In this document: piece by piece, positions 61,514 through 64,000 of the stretch
How positions within the stretch are numbered: the first letter of the stretch is position 1
Layout: each line of letters begins with the position of its first letter
UHGV virus genome: UHGV-0037395
Direction: 5' to 3' (one strand)
Origin: a virus
Length of the DNA stretch: 64,000 bases
Translations under genes and position numbers: made by a program
Notes under the pieces: model-generated
The model's database searches: none
Told to the model about the DNA's origin: nothing
The model's input: only the letters and a program-made list of their open reading frames with translations

Positions 61514-61663
61514 TTATTCTCCTTTACTAGTCATGCAGCCCAGCAGATAAGAAAATGCGGCGATACCCGCGCCGATAATAACGGCGTGAACACCGAAAGC
61601 TATTGCAAACAACGATAAAATAGCGCCCAAGATACCCGCCAGAATAGCTCGAAAAATAACCAT
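61514..61663 (-). CDS. Hydrophobic 49-aa peptide (two short TM segments)
   Basis: MVIFRAILAGILGAILSLFAIAFGVHAVIIGAGIAAFSYLLGCM...; not in ORF track. Confidence 0.35.
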   Translation of the reverse strand: MVIFRAILAGILGAILSLFAIAFGVHAVIIGAGIAAFSYLLGCMTSKGE

Positions 61664-61711
61664 TTGTAATACTCCCTAGTTAGTGGGGCGAAAGTAACGC
61701 CCCGTTATTAA

Positions 61712-61942
61712 TTACATTAAAACAATTTTTGCAGCTTGTTTTTTAGTACAGTGTTCCGCTTTCAGCGTGTCCAGCAAAAAGCCCGCCGTTTGCTGATCGA
61801 TTTTATCGGCGTTGTATAGTTCTTGGATGGTGTTATAAGTTTTAGCAATGCCGAACTCCTGCACCATTTCATGAATAATGGCGCGGTTAGATACCCAGCC
61901 TTGAGCGGTGAAAAGATGAGTAGCAGAAGAGTAAGCAACCAT
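61712..61942 (-). CDS. Hypothetical protein (76 aa)
   Basis: ORF in module operon. Confidence 0.4.
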   Translation of the reverse strand: MVAYSSATHLFTAQGWVSNRAIIHEMVQEFGIAKTYNTIQELYNADKIDQQTAGFLLDTLKAEHCTKKQAAKIVLM

Positions 61943-62046
61943 TTTAAGCCTCCAAATTTTTGGGAAATTTTCAATCCACCGTTTTGGTGTAAAGGCATTA
62001 TAACAAAAAAGGCCACCATAAAAGGCGACCTTTACAAAACTTTACA

Positions 62047-62541
62047 TTAAACTACTTGTAAGGATTCAACATTGAAACATCGTTTTAATTCATCATGTAA
62101 AACAGCGTATTCCTCCCATCGGGTATTATCAGGAATATAAACAAGCTGTTTTAATCGATTTGCGTATATTACCGCTTTATTATCAATTATTTCGACGCCA
62201 CCATATTTAATAATTAATTTCATGACGGAATTAATAGGATCGCCGCCATTTACATATGTGCCGGATTTACTTAGCTGATAATGATAAAGGCTTGCATATA
62301 CGTTTTCATTTTCATACCATTCGCCAGTTTCTTCGTCTTCATAGCCATCACTACCAAAACGAGAAGCATTATCAACAGCCATTTCATGAGCGAAAGCGTC
62401 TAGATCCGTACCAGCAGGAACAAAATATTCCTCGGTATTCCCTTCCCCGCAATAGCCAGTATGACAATCGACTAAAATGATCATATCATGTTTAGCCGTG
62501 CTCACTTCTCCTAGCGAGAAGCCGTATTTTTCCTCAGCCAT
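62047..62541 (-). CDS. Hypothetical acidic protein (164 aa)
   Basis: ORF with RBS AGGAGG. Confidence 0.45.
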   Translation of the reverse strand: MAEEKYGFSLGEVSTAKHDMIILVDCHTGYCGEGNTEEYFVPAGTDLDAFAHEMAVDNASRFGSDGYEDEETGEWYENENVYASLYHYQLSKSGTYVNGGDPINSVMKLIIKYGGVEIIDNKAVIYANRLKQLVYIPDNTRWEEYAVLHDELKRCFNVESLQVV

Positions 62542-62606
62542 TTATTAGCCTCCTATTAATTAACAAGGGAATAGTAAAGCGGGGAAATAATCCCCGCTAG
62601 ATATTA

Positions 62607-63599
62607 TTACTCGCTTTCGGTGTTAGTGGTAAAAGTAGAAATATCGATACCTTTTACCATTTCATCAATCATCTCAGCGATGTTAAAACTTTGCACCATT
62701 TCCAGCATTGCCGCTTCCATAGCCGCCCCCACTACCGCTTTCGCCTTTTGGTTACTCGGTGCGTACTGGTCAACCGCTACACTCAGCAGGTTAGCAATCA
62801 CTACTCGACCAATAGGCGTATCGATATAACCTTTGATCATGAACGGTGCTTTTTTAGCCGCTACTTTCGTAATTTGAGTCAATGCAATTTTACCCGCTTC
62901 CAGTTTTGCAGCGTTTACAACAGCGGATTTATTAGCGGCAACGATGTTAGTAATCTTGGTCATGGTATTTTTTCCTTTGTTTTCAGTAGTTTGAGTATTA
63001 ACGCTTTGAGTGTTAGAATTTACAGCATGGTTTTCTACGCTGCCAATAATCTGATTCTCATCTTTCCAGAAAGAAAAGCCCGCGCTTTCTATATCCCCAT
63101 CATATACGTAGGGGTATATTTCCGACGGTAGCAAAAAGTTACCGTTATCATCAAAGGCCATTATAGCCGCAAAACGATACCCATCAGAATCCGACCGATT
63201 CCAGCCAACTGATAAATAACGCCAAAATGAATCAAGAAAATTTTCTACATCATAAAGATCCTTATCATAAGGCTCATAATTTTCTATTGTGAAAACTTCT
63301 AAGCCCGCCCCCGCATCGTAGGCCTTTACTGTGTTGCCTTTTACGATTATGAAATCAGTATCCGGCCCCCTACTAGTAAGCAGGTGATTATCCCGATTAT
63401 ATAAGACAATGGTTGCCCCTTGCTTATATAGTTGCAAAAAACTACTCATATCATAGGCGTCGAAATCATCAAAAAAATTTTGGTGAATATCTTCGGCCTT
63501 GTTAACAAAGTGCTTAATGCTGGTTGTTCTGCTACCGTCCAGCAGGTTACGCAGCGCACCTTTTAAGACGGTTGCGTTATCCGGTTTATATAGCCTCAT
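62607..63599 (-). CDS. Hypothetical protein (330 aa), first gene of module operon
   Basis: ATG with RBS GAGGAGG; ~290-nt GC-rich leader from the IR/DnaA-box promoter region. Confidence 0.45.
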   Translation of the reverse strand: MRLYKPDNATVLKGALRNLLDGSRTTSIKHFVNKAEDIHQNFFDDFDAYDMSSFLQLYKQGATIVLYNRDNHLLTSRGPDTDFIIVKGNTVKAYDAGAGLEVFTIENYEPYDKDLYDVENFLDSFWRYLSVGWNRSDSDGYRFAAIMAFDDNGNFLLPSEIYPYVYDGDIESAGFSFWKDENQIIGSVENHAVNSNTQSVNTQTTENKGKNTMTKITNIVAANKSAVVNAAKLEAGKIALTQITKVAAKKAPFMIKGYIDTPIGRVVIANLLSVAVDQYAPSNQKAKAVVGAAMEAAMLEMVQSFNIAEMIDEMVKGIDISTFTTNTESE

Positions 63600-63887
63600 T
63601 TGTCGGCCTCCTCGTTAATCGGTGAGTGAATGATAAAGGTATTTTCTTTCTAGGGGCAAATATTATTTTACTTTTTTATTTTCCTTGCCTAACGCCTAGT
63701 TTTATGCTAACCGCGCAGCGGTGTAATAAAGAGCAAACCACGGCGAAGCCACCAGGGCGCCGCACTGAAGCCACCTGGCCAACGTGTTGGGTCTTTACTT
63801 TAATACTACCCCGCAGCGTTTAGCTCGTTAGAAAGCGATTTAGGCCGCTTAAAATTGATTGCAGTCGTTAACACTGCCTTTCTACCC

Positions 63888-63997
63888 TGTATATTTATAC
63901 AGTAGGATAAGCTGTGGATAAGTCTGTGGATAAGTCCTTATATCGCCGCCTATCGTGTCAAATTATTTTGTGCTGTGATTAATTCTGTGGATAACTT
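63888..63997 (-). repeat. Right arm of inverted repeat: CTGTATATTTATACAGTAGGATAAGCTG followed by tandem consensus DnaA boxes (TTATCCACA x3 on minus strand)
   Basis: Exact inverted copy of the left arm core; promoter-like TATAAAT reading leftwards into the module operon. Confidence 0.75.
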
Positions 63998-64000
63998 AAA

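Noticed and set aside
62620-63131. Plus-strand ORFs antisense to the 330-aa module gene
   Set aside because: Embedded antisense, no RBS, product of low complexity.
59711-63997. Inverted-repeat-bounded module considered as an insertion sequence or transposon
   Set aside because: No transposase, integrase or recombinase-like ORF inside, and no target-site duplication recognisable. The repeats carry DnaA boxes and promoter elements, so regulatory inverted repeats are more likely. Kept as a finding, not as a mobile element.
1-64000. Prophage or temperate lifestyle
   Set aside because: No integrase, repressor/Cro switch or attachment site seen. Gene content (nrdABD, frd, thyA, dnk, strong early promoters, tRNA array) matches a virulent T5-like phage.

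Overview
This window reads as a 64-kb slice of a T5-like (Tequintavirus-type) lytic coliphage genome, AT-rich (about 38-40% GC). It probably lies in the opposite orientation to the T5 reference and covers the early region up to an iteron/palindrome-rich boundary. The call rests on T5-hallmark genes, a 137-aa endolysin matching the T5 L-alanyl-D-glutamate peptidase, and about 30 copies of a PN25-like early promoter. Positions 1-14967 are a minus-strand replication and nucleotide-metabolism block: a partial DnaB-like helicase, a 4-repeat HTH protein, a split NAD-dependent DNA ligase, a 930-aa Walker A/B ATPase (putative origin-binding protein), an HNH endonuclease, two tandem paralogs, a HAD phosphatase, a Sir2-family protein and NrdD. 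Positions 15161-58421 are a plus-strand early block: an HNH endonuclease, PhoH, NrdA, NrdB, DHFR, ThyA, RNase H, a NADAR domain protein, a DEDDh exonuclease, a stand-alone REC domain and a secreted SleB-like hydrolase. A hypervariable tRNA region (28.3-40.7 kb) holds at least 26 tRNA genes and several non-canonical tRNA-like elements, interleaved with small genes, each behind its own copy of a strong T5-type promoter. Downstream are a GrcA-like glycyl-radical protein, an overlapped spanin pair, dNMP kinase, a ClpP-like protein, holin and endolysin, thioredoxin-like and Ser/Thr-phosphatase genes, and a run of small membrane proteins. Positions 58.4-60.1 kb are a non-coding hub with eight 15-bp iterons and dimer-type palindromes. 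Positions 59.7-64.0 kb are a GC-richer (about 45-50%) minus-strand operon of ten small genes, bounded by about 50-bp inverted repeats that carry tandem DnaA boxes and inward-facing promoter-like elements. This last module is the most unusual structure in the window. Coordinates of tRNAs and promoters were derived by eye and may be off by a few nucleotides.
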